57,148 bases of DNA from an uncultured Candidatus Saccharibacteria bacterium. GTDB taxonomy: Bacteria; Patescibacteriota; Minisyncoccia; Phycocordibacterales; UBA918. Below, in pieces: positions 1-8,979 of the stretch. Both the position numbers and the translations under genes were made by a program. The notes beneath the pieces are model-generated. The model saw nothing but the letters and a program-made list of their open reading frames with translations. It searched no databases and had not been told where the DNA came from. The stretch lies in the NCBI GenBank assembly GCA_964618165.1, contig CAZTWW010000002.1, positions 1 through 57,148 of the forward strand. The letters run 5' to 3'. Each line of letters opens with the position of its first letter. The stretch's first letter is position 1.

Positions 1-78
1 TAATTGAGATAACGTGCTGTAAGTGGTAAAATATCAATACCTAAAAGGGTTTTTGAGTGGGTCCGAGGGGTAATTCTA

Positions 79-2265
79 ATGTCACGTCTTACTGATTTAA
101 TTGCACAAGCGAAAGCGAATAATCCGGAACTTGGGAAAGAACTGGAACGTGAATTTAAGGTGCTCTCATCTCGCCGTTCGTTTGGTCTCAATTTTGAACG
201 ACATAAGCCAGAAAGTGTTGAACTGCCTGGACGACCGGTCCGTAAAGGAGACAAGGTCCGTGTATTGCCTCCACGTGGGACAACTAAAAAGGGTGATGAA
301 CGGCTATGGCGTGTGCTGTCGATTTCACGTAAGGGTAAGAAGCAAACAGCAAATCTGGAGCTAGTTAGTGAAGAAAAAGAGCAGCAATTAGTCGATGTTG
401 TTGATTTGGTGGTGGTGGCAGAATTTCGTGACTACATTTATCCAGGGTTAGTAAGCACGGGCAAGGTAGAGCGTGGTGGTAGTAAGCCATACCATGCGGT
501 CATCAACGGTGAGAACTTTCATGTACTCGAAGCCCTTACATTTACTCATCGAGGGAAGGTTGATGTGATATACATTGATCCACCGTACAACACTGGCGCA
601 AAAGACTGGAAGTATAATAACGATTACGTGGAGGCTGAAGATCTTTATCGCCACTCAAAATGGTTAGCGATGATGGAGCGACGTTTGCTGGTTGCAAAAG
701 AGCTACTAAACCCCAATGAGTCAGTTTTGATAGTAACTATCGATGAAAAAGAATATCTGCGACTCGGTCTATTGCTTGAACAAACATTTCCTGAGGCTAG
801 AATTCAGATGATTTCTTCTGCAATAAACCCTAAAGGATCTTCTAGAACTGGATTCCGCAGGTCAGACGAATATCTTTTTATTGTCATGTTTGGCGGTATC
901 GTGCCGTCAAGACTTAATCTCTCTTCCGAGTGGTCAATTTATTACAACGATGATGAATCTGACTCAAAATCTGACGTGGATTTAAGTCGTGTTGATAAAG
1001 CAACACCTCCTGAATGGACATCAATGATGAGACGAGGAACATCGTCACTCAGAAAAGATGTACCAAACGGTTTTTATCCAATCTACGTCGATCCAACTGG
1101 TACACCACGTGTTGTAGAGGTTGGCGAACCACTGCCAGCGGGTGTGAATGAGGCCCCGGTCAAAAAAGGGCTTGTGGCAGTACTTCCTCTCCGTAGTAAT
1201 GGTGAGCAGGGTCGCTGGCAAGTTGTACGGCGTACAGAGTTTCTTGAACGACTTAAGCAAGGAAGGATTCGGGTAGGGAAAAAGACAAAGTACGGCTACG
1301 TGATTAATTATTTACCTGACGGTGCATATAAAGCCGTCTGTTCAAACGCATATCATATTGAAGGTCGCGCTGACGACGGTTCATTAATCGCATGGAAAAT
1401 GAGCTCAGAAGATGGTGCCGCTGACGATAACCTTAGGGTACCGACCACTCAGTGGCACGTAAGCTCACATAATGCTTCAGAAAACGGAACGACCTTAATA
1501 AATGCTATTTTAGGCAGGCTTCGAGCTTTTGATTACGCAAAATCACTATATGCAGTCGAGGATCTACTAAGATTTTTTGTTACAGAAAGACCAAATGCTA
1601 TCGTTCTCGACTTCTTTGCAGGTTCCGGAACTACTGCCCATGCTTTGATGCGGCTAAACAAGCTTGATAATGGGTCAAGACAGTCGATTTTAGTCACTAA
1701 TAATGAAGTGTCTGCTGATGTGCAGAAAGGTTTGCGTAAGTCAGGTTTGCGTCCAGGTGATTCTGATTGGGAAAAATTGGGTATCTGCGACTACATCACT
1801 AAGCCTCGTATAGCTGCGTCAATTACAGGCATAACCCCTGACGGCGATAAGATTAAGGGTGAGTACAAATTTAATGACATTTTCCCGATGTCCCAAGGTC
1901 TTCTAGAGAATGCAGAATTTTTCACACTCACTTACGAGACACCGATAGCGATTGGACACAACAAAGCTTTTGGTCGTATCGCTCCGCTCTTGTGGATGCG
2001 TGCCGGTAGTATTGGTCGCCGTATTGAGTCATTGCCAAAGCAAGGTTTTGATGTGGCAGATACATACGGCTTGTTGGTAGACCTAGATAAAGCAGCTGCG
2101 TTCTGCAAAGTAGTTGAGGCTAGTGAAGGAGTAATAATTGCCTATATCGTGACTGATGATGACCGTAGATTCCAGTCCGTGGCACGACGATTACCAGACT
2201 CGGTCGAACCTGTACGTCTGTATGAGTCGTACCTGAATAATTTCCGATTCTCATTCGGTCGCTAG
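79..2265 (+). CDS. mod: Type III-like R-M DNA methyltransferase (Mod; N6-adenine/N4-cytosine class)
   Basis: 728-aa ORF. Catalytic motif 'VIYIDPPYNTG' comes before AdoMet motif 'LDFFAGSGTTAHA' (beta-class order). GAGGGG lies about 9 nt upstream of the ATG. Confidence 0.85.
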   Translation: MSRLTDLIAQAKANNPELGKELEREFKVLSSRRSFGLNFERHKPESVELPGRPVRKGDKVRVLPPRGTTKKGDERLWRVLSISRKGKKQTANLELVSEEKEQQLVDVVDLVVVAEFRDYIYPGLVSTGKVERGGSKPYHAVINGENFHVLEALTFTHRGKVDVIYIDPPYNTGAKDWKYNNDYVEAEDLYRHSKWLAMMERRLLVAKELLNPNESVLIVTIDEKEYLRLGLLLEQTFPEARIQMISSAINPKGSSRTGFRRSDEYLFIVMFGGIVPSRLNLSSEWSIYYNDDESDSKSDVDLSRVDKATPPEWTSMMRRGTSSLRKDVPNGFYPIYVDPTGTPRVVEVGEPLPAGVNEAPVKKGLVAVLPLRSNGEQGRWQVVRRTEFLERLKQGRIRVGKKTKYGYVINYLPDGAYKAVCSNAYHIEGRADDGSLIAWKMSSEDGAADDNLRVPTTQWHVSSHNASENGTTLINAILGRLRAFDYAKSLYAVEDLLRFFVTERPNAIVLDFFAGSGTTAHALMRLNKLDNGSRQSILVTNNEVSADVQKGLRKSGLRPGDSDWEKLGICDYITKPRIAASITGITPDGDKIKGEYKFNDIFPMSQGLLENAEFFTLTYETPIAIGHNKAFGRIAPLLWMRAGSIGRRIESLPKQGFDVADTYGLLVDLDKAAAFCKVVEASEGVIIAYIVTDDDRRFQSVARRLPDSVEPVRLYESYLNNFRFSFGR

Positions 2266-2268
2266 CAT

Positions 2269-4875
2269 ATGAAATTTACCCTTAAAGATTACCAAGATGA
2301 AGCAGTTAAAGATGTTCTTGATCGACTCAAGAAGGCAAAGAAACGCTGGCACGAAGACGGTGACAAACATGCTTTTTCTTTAACAGCCACAACCGGTGCG
2401 GGTAAGACAGTGATGGCTGCAGCAGTGTTTGAATCCCTGTTTTTTGGCAATGATGACTATGAGTTCGAGCCAGACCCATCTGCAGTGGTGATCTGGTTTA
2501 GTGATGATCCTTCCCTCAATGAGCAGTCACGTTGGCGATTGCAAGAAGCTTCAGACAAACTCACTGTGTCTGACTTGGTGACCGTTGGTAATTCTTTTGC
2601 AGCAGAAAAATTTCAAGCTGGTAAAGTGTACTTTTTAAATACACAAAAACTCTCGAAGAATAGCTTGCTGGTCCGTGGCCATGACCCAAATGATCCAGCA
2701 CTAGAGACCAATCGAGGCCAAATGACTATCATGCCGGACATGCGCCAGCATACTATTTGGGACGTTATTCGTAACACTATTGATGATCCAGATCTCACAC
2801 TATATCTCGTGCTTGATGAGGCCCATCGAGGTATGAAAGATGGCGGTCGTGCCAGTAGTGACGGAAAACCGACGATTGTAAAGCAGCTCATTAATGGTAC
2901 TGGTAACGTTCCAGGTATTCCTGTTGTGTGGGGTATTTCAGCAACAGTACAACGCTTCAATGATGCGGTGGCTGGTATGCAGGGGCGCAGTACACTACCT
3001 CATGTAGAAGTTGATGCTAAGAAAGTGCAAGAATCAGGTCTATTGAAGGACACAATCAACCTTGAAATACCAAATGAATCAGGTGATTTTTCTACCGTAC
3101 TCCTAAAGCGTGGTGCTGCAAAACTGCGAGATATTACTGAAGCGTGGAAGCAGTACAGCGAACAGCAAGACGATGCTGATACTGTGTTGCCGCTTATGGT
3201 GCTTCAAGTGCCCAATTCTCCTGATCCTCAAGAAATCGGCACATGGCTCGACACTATTTTTAAGGAATGGCCCGAGTTACCAGTTGATTCTATTGCTAAC
3301 GTTTTTGGTGAGCATAAGACAGAAGAATTTGGTGGTTACTCGGTCCCGTATATTTCACCTGAACGAGTACAAGAATCTGAATGGGTGCGTATTCTTGTTG
3401 CAAAAGACGCTATCAGTACAGGTTGGGACTGTCCACGAGCGGAGGTGATGGTTTCGTTCCGTCGCGCTACAGACAAGACACATATCACACAGCTGCTCGG
3501 TCGTATGGTCCGCACACCACTCGCTCGACGTATTCCGGGTAATGATCGTTTAAATGCGGTTGATTGTTTGCTACCACAGTTCGATAAAAAATCGGTTGAG
3601 ACAGTAGTGAAAGAACTCATGACTGGAGAGGCTGGAGAGCAGTTGCCTGAACGCCGCATCCTCATCAACCCAAAAGAAATGCTCCCTAATCCTGAAGTCC
3701 CTCAAAAGGTGTGGGAACTTTTTACAACATTACCATCACAAACACTCCCAAAGCGGCAAACAAGACCAATTAAACGCCTTACCGCACTAGCGCATGAACT
3801 TGCTGCAGACGATTTACTTAAGGATGCTGGTAAGAAAGCGCATGCTGCAATGCATAAGGTTCTTGATAAGGCACAAACGAAGTACGCCAAAGACATAAAA
3901 ACCGCTCGTAGCTCAGTACTGACTGTTGAGGGTAAGGCAATTACAGCTGACGTCGAAACACAAGGAATGACGTTCGATGACTTTGTTGAGTCTGCGGATA
4001 TTGCGGTAATTGAAGATGCTTACCGATCAGCAGCACGCATACTTAGTCCTGACCTTGTCACCAGCTACAGCGAGCATCTCGCTTCAAAATTCACTGACAT
4101 TGATGATGAAGAGGAACAGCTCATCGAGGCACATACCGTCATCGCATCACTCGGACTGGTGCCTGGAGTAAAAACTGATTTAGAGGGTGCAGCTGGTACG
4201 TTGGCAAATGAATGGTTAGAGCAATACAAAACTGATATTAAGAAGCTATCTGACGAGCGACAAGATGTGTATCGCCAGATTCGTGAAATGAGTGCGGAGC
4301 CACTTGATGTAGATCTCGCAGCTCCAAAATCATGGCTACAGGCTACTACTGAAGTTAAACCCAACGGCAAGGAGGAGAAATTGCCACATTACGCTAAGCA
4401 CCTTTTGTGTGATGCTGATGGAAAATTCCCGTTTGATCATAATTCATGGGAAGAAAAGGTTATCACTACTGAATTGAAGAACCCTGATCTTGTCGGTTGG
4501 TATCGTAACCCGAATCGAGCGAGCCAAGATTCACTCGGTATCACATATGAAGATGGTGGAGAGACGTTTGTGTTGCGACCAGACTTTATCTTCTTCTACA
4601 AGCAAGCAAACGGGAAGATTGTGGCTGACATCATTGACCCTCATGGAACCCATTTGAGTGATGCGTTGCCGAAAATCAAAGGGACTGCCGCGTATGTATC
4701 CAAAAACCCTAAGGCATTTCGTCGTGTACTGGTATGTTCAGAGGTTGAAGGAAGGCTTGTTTCTGTTGACTTAGCAGACGTAAAAGCGCGAGACGTTGTT
4801 ATCCAAACGACTTCTATACAGGATGTATACAAGAGCGCGCTTGTTAATGATTATATTTTGTATGGCATGGAATGA
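2269..4875 (+). CDS. res: Type III-like restriction enzyme Res subunit (SF2 DEAH helicase with C-terminal PD-(D/E)xK-like module)
   Basis: Walker A 'TATTGAGKT', DEAH box 'LVLDEAHRG', helicase-C motifs 'AISTGWDCPRA' and 'LLGRMVRTP'. C-terminal 'RPDFIFF...ADIIDPHG'. The ATG lies 3 nt after the mod stop. Confidence 0.8.
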   Translation: MKFTLKDYQDEAVKDVLDRLKKAKKRWHEDGDKHAFSLTATTGAGKTVMAAAVFESLFFGNDDYEFEPDPSAVVIWFSDDPSLNEQSRWRLQEASDKLTVSDLVTVGNSFAAEKFQAGKVYFLNTQKLSKNSLLVRGHDPNDPALETNRGQMTIMPDMRQHTIWDVIRNTIDDPDLTLYLVLDEAHRGMKDGGRASSDGKPTIVKQLINGTGNVPGIPVVWGISATVQRFNDAVAGMQGRSTLPHVEVDAKKVQESGLLKDTINLEIPNESGDFSTVLLKRGAAKLRDITEAWKQYSEQQDDADTVLPLMVLQVPNSPDPQEIGTWLDTIFKEWPELPVDSIANVFGEHKTEEFGGYSVPYISPERVQESEWVRILVAKDAISTGWDCPRAEVMVSFRRATDKTHITQLLGRMVRTPLARRIPGNDRLNAVDCLLPQFDKKSVETVVKELMTGEAGEQLPERRILINPKEMLPNPEVPQKVWELFTTLPSQTLPKRQTRPIKRLTALAHELAADDLLKDAGKKAHAAMHKVLDKAQTKYAKDIKTARSSVLTVEGKAITADVETQGMTFDDFVESADIAVIEDAYRSAARILSPDLVTSYSEHLASKFTDIDDEEEQLIEAHTVIASLGLVPGVKTDLEGAAGTLANEWLEQYKTDIKKLSDERQDVYRQIREMSAEPLDVDLAAPKSWLQATTEVKPNGKEEKLPHYAKHLLCDADGKFPFDHNSWEEKVITTELKNPDLVGWYRNPNRASQDSLGITYEDGGETFVLRPDFIFFYKQANGKIVADIIDPHGTHLSDALPKIKGTAAYVSKNPKAFRRVLVCSEVEGRLVSVDLADVKARDVVIQTTSIQDVYKSALVNDYILYGME

Positions 4876-6793
4876 TGAGCTCGAATCTAGTTCTTCTGCA
4901 TATGGTATTGCAGCATCAACCAGTAATCGAATCCGAGTATTAGCTGGTCCAGGTACAGGAAAGTCCTTTGCAATGAAGCGACGCGTAGCAAGATTACTTG
5001 AAGTCGAGAACGTTGCTCCTGAGAGAATACTCGCAGTCACATTTACGCGTGTCGCAGCAGAAGATCTGCATCGTGAGTTGGTCAGTATGGGTCTAGAAGG
5101 CGCAAGGAGTCTTCAGGGTCGAACGCTTCATAGTTTGGCAATGTCTATCTTAATGCGGAATCATGTGTTGCCTGTATTAGGAAGACATCCTCGTCCATTA
5201 AATGATTTTGAACTTGAGCCTTTACTTTGCGATCTCAGCAGAAGTCACGGTGATAAAAATGAGCGGAAACGGATGCTTAAAACATACACCGCTGCTTGGG
5301 CGCGACTTCAAGCAGAACATCTGGAGGTAAAAACCCCCGAAGATATAGGATGTGAACGAGAGCTATTGGAATGGCTTGGCTTCCACGAGGCCATGTTAAT
5401 GGATGAAGTAATACCGCAATTAATGCGCTACCTCAGAGATAATCCTGGAGCATCAGAGCTAAATGAGTATAGCCATTTGCTTGTCGATGAGTATCAGGAC
5501 TTAAATAAAGCAGAACAGGAGGTTATTAGATTGCTTGGTCAAAATGCATCAATTTGCGTTATTGGTGACGACGATCAATCAATTTACAGCTTCAAGCATG
5601 CTCACCCTGATGGAATCCGTGAGTGGTCTACTGTGCACCAAGCTGAAGACCATTCAATTGATGAGTGTCGGCGCTGTCCCGTAACAGTAGTGAGAATGGC
5701 GAATGCACTGATTGCTCAAAACAGCGAACGTCTAGGCATGACTATGTCAGAAAGGGTGGAGAACGGTACAGGTGAGGTTGTGGTGCGACAATACAATACA
5801 GCTGAAGCTGAGGCAGAAGCCGTAGCTACAAAAATTAATGCACTGATTGCATCAGGAGTAGCGCCAAAAGATATCATTGTACTTGCACAGCGTCGCAATT
5901 TTGCCTTGCCCATATATTTGCGACTGTTGCATGCTGGCGTACCAACTAAATCATACTATGCTGAGTCGGCTCTTCATGCCGGAGATACGCGAATGGCGCA
6001 AGAGCGCTATGCCATGTTGAAGCTTGTTTGCAACAATGAGGATAGGGTGGCCTTACGTTGGTTGCTTGGTTATGAGCATAAAGAGTGGCACAGCCAGCAG
6101 TATAAGCGAGTCCTTGAGGTTGTGCGGGGGTCAACAAAGTCTTTTTGGGAGACAATGGTTGATCTTATGAACGGTGTTATTACAATACCTCACACTACAC
6201 AAATAAAAGATCGTTTTACAGTAATTTATAATGAATGGATTGGGCTAAGTTCGACCCAAGATTTAATTACTTTTCTTCAACAATGGCTGCCAGAGAACCC
6301 TGAGACCGAACTTCTTGCGGCTGAGGTACAGCAGGTAATCCATCGAATTGATACTCCGAAAAATTTGCTACAGGAGCTTGACTTGGTACTCACCGAACCT
6401 GATGTTCCTACTGAGGTAACGGATGTACGTATAATGAGCCTCCATAAGAGCAAGGGTCTGAGTGCAAACTATGTATTCATAGTGGGTTGTGTTGAGGGAT
6501 TGCATCCTGGCAAGCCCAAAGAGGATATGACCGAGGAAGACAGGCAAAGAAAATTGGAAGAAGACCGCCGTTTATTTTATGTCGGGATCACACGGGTAAA
6601 GGCTGATCCTCAGAATGAACGTTCAGGATATTTGGCCCTTACGTACTCACAAACAATGGCAGCAAAAGACGCATTCCGAAGTCAAATCGATCCGGTCCGG
6701 GTAGAGGGTCAGGTGGCAATACTTAGGGCTAGTCGTTTTCTGGGTGAGATGGCCCCTCATATTCCGGTCGCCCAGTTCAATCGCCCTTTGTAA
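4862..6793 (+). CDS. UvrD/Rep-family SF1 helicase
   Basis: Motifs 'LAGPGTGKS', 'LLVDEYQDLN', 'IMSLHKSKGLSANYVFIVG', 'LFYVGITRV'. The first ATG (4862, 'MAWNDE') overlaps the res 3' end by 14 nt. The track ORF starts earlier (4796), with an in-frame ATG at 4823, both inside res. Confidence 0.8.
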   Translation: MAWNDELESSSSAYGIAASTSNRIRVLAGPGTGKSFAMKRRVARLLEVENVAPERILAVTFTRVAAEDLHRELVSMGLEGARSLQGRTLHSLAMSILMRNHVLPVLGRHPRPLNDFELEPLLCDLSRSHGDKNERKRMLKTYTAAWARLQAEHLEVKTPEDIGCERELLEWLGFHEAMLMDEVIPQLMRYLRDNPGASELNEYSHLLVDEYQDLNKAEQEVIRLLGQNASICVIGDDDQSIYSFKHAHPDGIREWSTVHQAEDHSIDECRRCPVTVVRMANALIAQNSERLGMTMSERVENGTGEVVVRQYNTAEAEAEAVATKINALIASGVAPKDIIVLAQRRNFALPIYLRLLHAGVPTKSYYAESALHAGDTRMAQERYAMLKLVCNNEDRVALRWLLGYEHKEWHSQQYKRVLEVVRGSTKSFWETMVDLMNGVITIPHTTQIKDRFTVIYNEWIGLSSTQDLITFLQQWLPENPETELLAAEVQQVIHRIDTPKNLLQELDLVLTEPDVPTEVTDVRIMSLHKSKGLSANYVFIVGCVEGLHPGKPKEDMTEEDRQRKLEEDRRLFYVGITRVKADPQNERSGYLALTYSQTMAAKDAFRSQIDPVRVEGQVAILRASRFLGEMAPHIPVAQFNRPL

Positions 6794-7168
6794 GTTGGCA
6801 GACTGATGTGCTTATTGACCTTAATTTCTGGCGTTTTATAATAGTAGCGTCATTCGGCTCCGGCTGAATGGCACTTTAGCCCTCGGGCGTCTAACGAGCC
6901 TATATGGTAGAGATACTTATAGAAAAACTCGCGACGCCTTCCTCACTCAACTAGCCAAACGGCGTCACTGTAAGAATTTGGTTGTCTTACAGCGGTAAAG
7001 GGAATCTAGTTGCTCAGATCGAGGGTCGCATCTTTTTGCAAGTTACCGAGTCACAGGTCGTTACAGGCGTAGACCTGCTACCCGCGTTCCCGGAAAGGAG
7101 CAACGGCAGTATTTGTATAAACCAGTACAATGCGTCTGTTGTTGAGGAGTGACTCCTTAACGCACGAA

Positions 7169-7192
7169 CCCCCGCTATTTCCGTAGCGGGGG
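7169..7192. terminator. GC-rich hairpin (9-bp stem cccccgcta/tagcggggg, loop tttccg)
   Basis: Perfect stem read directly. It lies in the ORF-free region downstream of the helicase gene. The strand it serves is ambiguous. Confidence 0.4.
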
Positions 7193-7276
7193 CTAGTGTT
7201 TATACTGAACGGCACTTATCTTTTGCATGTAAATTATACCAGTGTTACAAAATCTATAATAGCTTTTACACAGGAG

Positions 7277-7387
7277 CTATTGATCCAGTAATTTTCGTAA
7301 GACAGGGCAGGACTGATACGTCACCCAAAACTTCATCAAATATTCCCTAAACTGGTTCGGTAAATCACCCCTATAGTCCACGAGCAT
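7277..7387 (-). CDS. Small ORF (36 aa) spanning repeat copy 1: MLVDYRGDLPNQFREYLMKFWVTYQSCPVLRKLLDQ
   Basis: Hand translation. A paralogous ORF sits in copy 2. The two repeat mismatches give one synonymous change (E) and one conservative change (R/K). AAGGG lies upstream of the ATG. Confidence 0.25.
   Translation of the reverse strand: MLVDYRGDLPNQFREYLMKFWVTYQSCPVLRKLLDQ
7304..7381. repeat. 78-bp direct repeat, copy 1
   Basis: Identical to 9001-9078 at 76 of 78 positions. The differences are tattccc versus tactcct. Confidence 0.9.
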
Positions 7388-7448
7388 ATTTTTACCCTTT
7401 AAGCACAACGTTTTTAGTGATTATCCTCAACTATAATGCTTGTGCTTA

Positions 7449-7466
7449 ATACCCCCTAGGGGGTAT
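7449..7466. promoter_or_regulatory. Perfect 18-bp palindrome ATACCCCCTAGGGGGTAT, likely CsoR operator
   Basis: It overlaps the start of TATACT (7464-7469) of the csoR promoter by 3 nt. CsoR-family operators are GC-tract palindromes of the type TACCC-N-GGGTA. Confidence 0.6.
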
Positions 7467-7476
7467 ACTTGTGTGT

Positions 7477-7740
7477 ATGAAAGAATCACACAAGAAGTTA
7501 GTCCGTCGCCTCAAGATAATTGAAGGGCAGGTGCGTGGACTGCAAGGAATGATTGAAAAGGACACATACTGCATTGACGTCATTACTCAGACCTCAGCCA
7601 TTAAGCAAGCCTTATCAAACATAGAAGACGTACTTTTGGAAGAACACTTGTCACACTGTGTGGTGAATCAAATTAAGTCGGGCAATGTGAAGAAGCCGGT
7701 CGATGAAATACTACAGGTATACCGATTAAAGCGAAAATAG
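7477..7740 (+). CDS. csoR: CsoR/RcnR-family metal-sensing transcriptional repressor
   Basis: 'RLKIIEGQVRGLQGMIEKDTYCIDVITQTSAIKQAL' is the family signature, with the conserved Cys and 'HLSHC'. The ATG at 7477 lies 7 nt after TATACT. The track starts at GTG 7471. Confidence 0.85.
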   Translation: MKESHKKLVRRLKIIEGQVRGLQGMIEKDTYCIDVITQTSAIKQALSNIEDVLLEEHLSHCVVNQIKSGNVKKPVDEILQVYRLKRK

Positions 7741-7741
7741 T

Positions 7742-8287
7742 ATGGAACACCGACATTCATCAAGTGGAGTAAAGATACATCATGCTGCAAAAGTAGGTGT
7801 GTTGTCATACTGGCCTATTGCCACCATCTATCTAGTAGCAGCTTTGATTTCTCTGTATACCGTACAGTTCCATGCCTACGGAGACTATATGTCCCACCTC
7901 ATGGGCTGGGTATTGATCTTCTTTGGAATCATCAAACTATCAGACGTAGTTGGGTTTGCTGAAGGGTTTGCAAAGTATGATCCGCTCGCTAAGCGTAGCA
8001 TTATCTATGCACAAGTGTATCCGTTCCTCGAAATCACTCTCGGCATTCTCTTTGTTCTGCAACTCCTCATTCTTCCCGCAACACTCGTCACGCTTTTCAT
8101 ATACAGTGCCAGCCTCTACGGAGCATTGCAGTCACTCCTGAAGAAAGAAGAATTGCACTGCGTGTGTCTAGGTACATACTTCAAGCTACCCCTCTCGACT
8201 GTCACTATCATTGAAGCCGTCTTTATGATTGGAATGTGTATTTGGATGCTCGTGATGCTTAACAGTATGACCATGATGGTCATGTAA
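7742..8287 (+). CDS. MauE/DoxX-like integral membrane protein
   Basis: Multi-pass hydrophobic 181-aa ORF with a 'CVCLG' motif. The ATG lies 1 nt after the csoR stop. Confidence 0.5.
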   Translation: MEHRHSSSGVKIHHAAKVGVLSYWPIATIYLVAALISLYTVQFHAYGDYMSHLMGWVLIFFGIIKLSDVVGFAEGFAKYDPLAKRSIIYAQVYPFLEITLGILFVLQLLILPATLVTLFIYSASLYGALQSLLKKEELHCVCLGTYFKLPLSTVTIIEAVFMIGMCIWMLVMLNSMTMMVM

Positions 8288-8298
8288 CAAATCTATTT

Positions 8299-8958
8299 AT
8301 GAAAAATCAATCAATTGCAATTATTATTGGACTTGGAATCTTAGTCGTTGGTGCCGTAGCGTATAGCTTTGGTATGAATAAGCAGACAGATACCAAAATG
8401 AGCATGAATATGGGTGACGACGTGCCAGCAGGAATGCATCGTATGCCAGACGGGTCACTCATGGGTAACGCTCCCTCCAACAACGATATGGGTATGATGG
8501 GTGGCATGGATCATTCGATGATGATGGTCAAAAGTGAACGTGAGTTTCTTGAAGGTATGATTCCTCACCACCAAGAGGCTGTAGATACTGCCAAGGAAGT
8601 ACTCGCACGTGGTGGCTCAACGCCAGAAATGAGAAAGCTAGTCGAAGACATTATCACTGCACAAGAAAAAGAAATCGCTATGATGAAAGAGTGGTATCAG
8701 GCGTGGTACGGCGAAGCGTATGTAGCAGATCCAGCAGATTACAAACCGATGATGCGTGACCTTTCGACTCTCAGTGGAGCAGCGCTTGATAAGGTGTTCC
8801 TCGAAGACATGATCATGCACCACATGGGCGCTATCATGATGGCACAGAGTGTCCAGCCATACATTGAGAACCAAGAGATCACTGATTTGACCAAGGCAAT
8901 CATGGAAACACAAACTGCTGAAATTGAGTTGATGAGACAAATGCTTAAAACCTTGTAA
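8299..8958 (+). CDS. DUF305-family metal-resistance-associated protein with Met-rich N-terminal region
   Basis: Duplicated 'MIPHHQEAV' and 'MIMHHMGAIMMA' motifs. N-terminal TM segment. Met/His-rich stretch 'MGMMGGMDHSMMM'. Confidence 0.75.
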   Translation: MKNQSIAIIIGLGILVVGAVAYSFGMNKQTDTKMSMNMGDDVPAGMHRMPDGSLMGNAPSNNDMGMMGGMDHSMMMVKSEREFLEGMIPHHQEAVDTAKEVLARGGSTPEMRKLVEDIITAQEKEIAMMKEWYQAWYGEAYVADPADYKPMMRDLSTLSGAALDKVFLEDMIMHHMGAIMMAQSVQPYIENQEITDLTKAIMETQTAEIELMRQMLKTL

Positions 8959-8979
8959 TAGTTTGGAGTGATTATTCTC

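Noticed and set aside
7075-7109. An SRP (4.5S) RNA helix-8-like motif: ctg-ctac-ccg-cgt-tcc-cggaaa-gga-gcaa-cgg-cag. It has a 3 bp / internal loop / 3 bp / asymmetric loop layout and 'GGAGCAACGG' resembling 'GGAAGCAGCC'.
   Set aside because: The apical loop would be a hexaloop rather than GNRA. The 5' side of the symmetric loop (cgt) lacks the conserved A/G/G residues. The 3' side is one A short of AGCA. That is not enough to call an SRP RNA.
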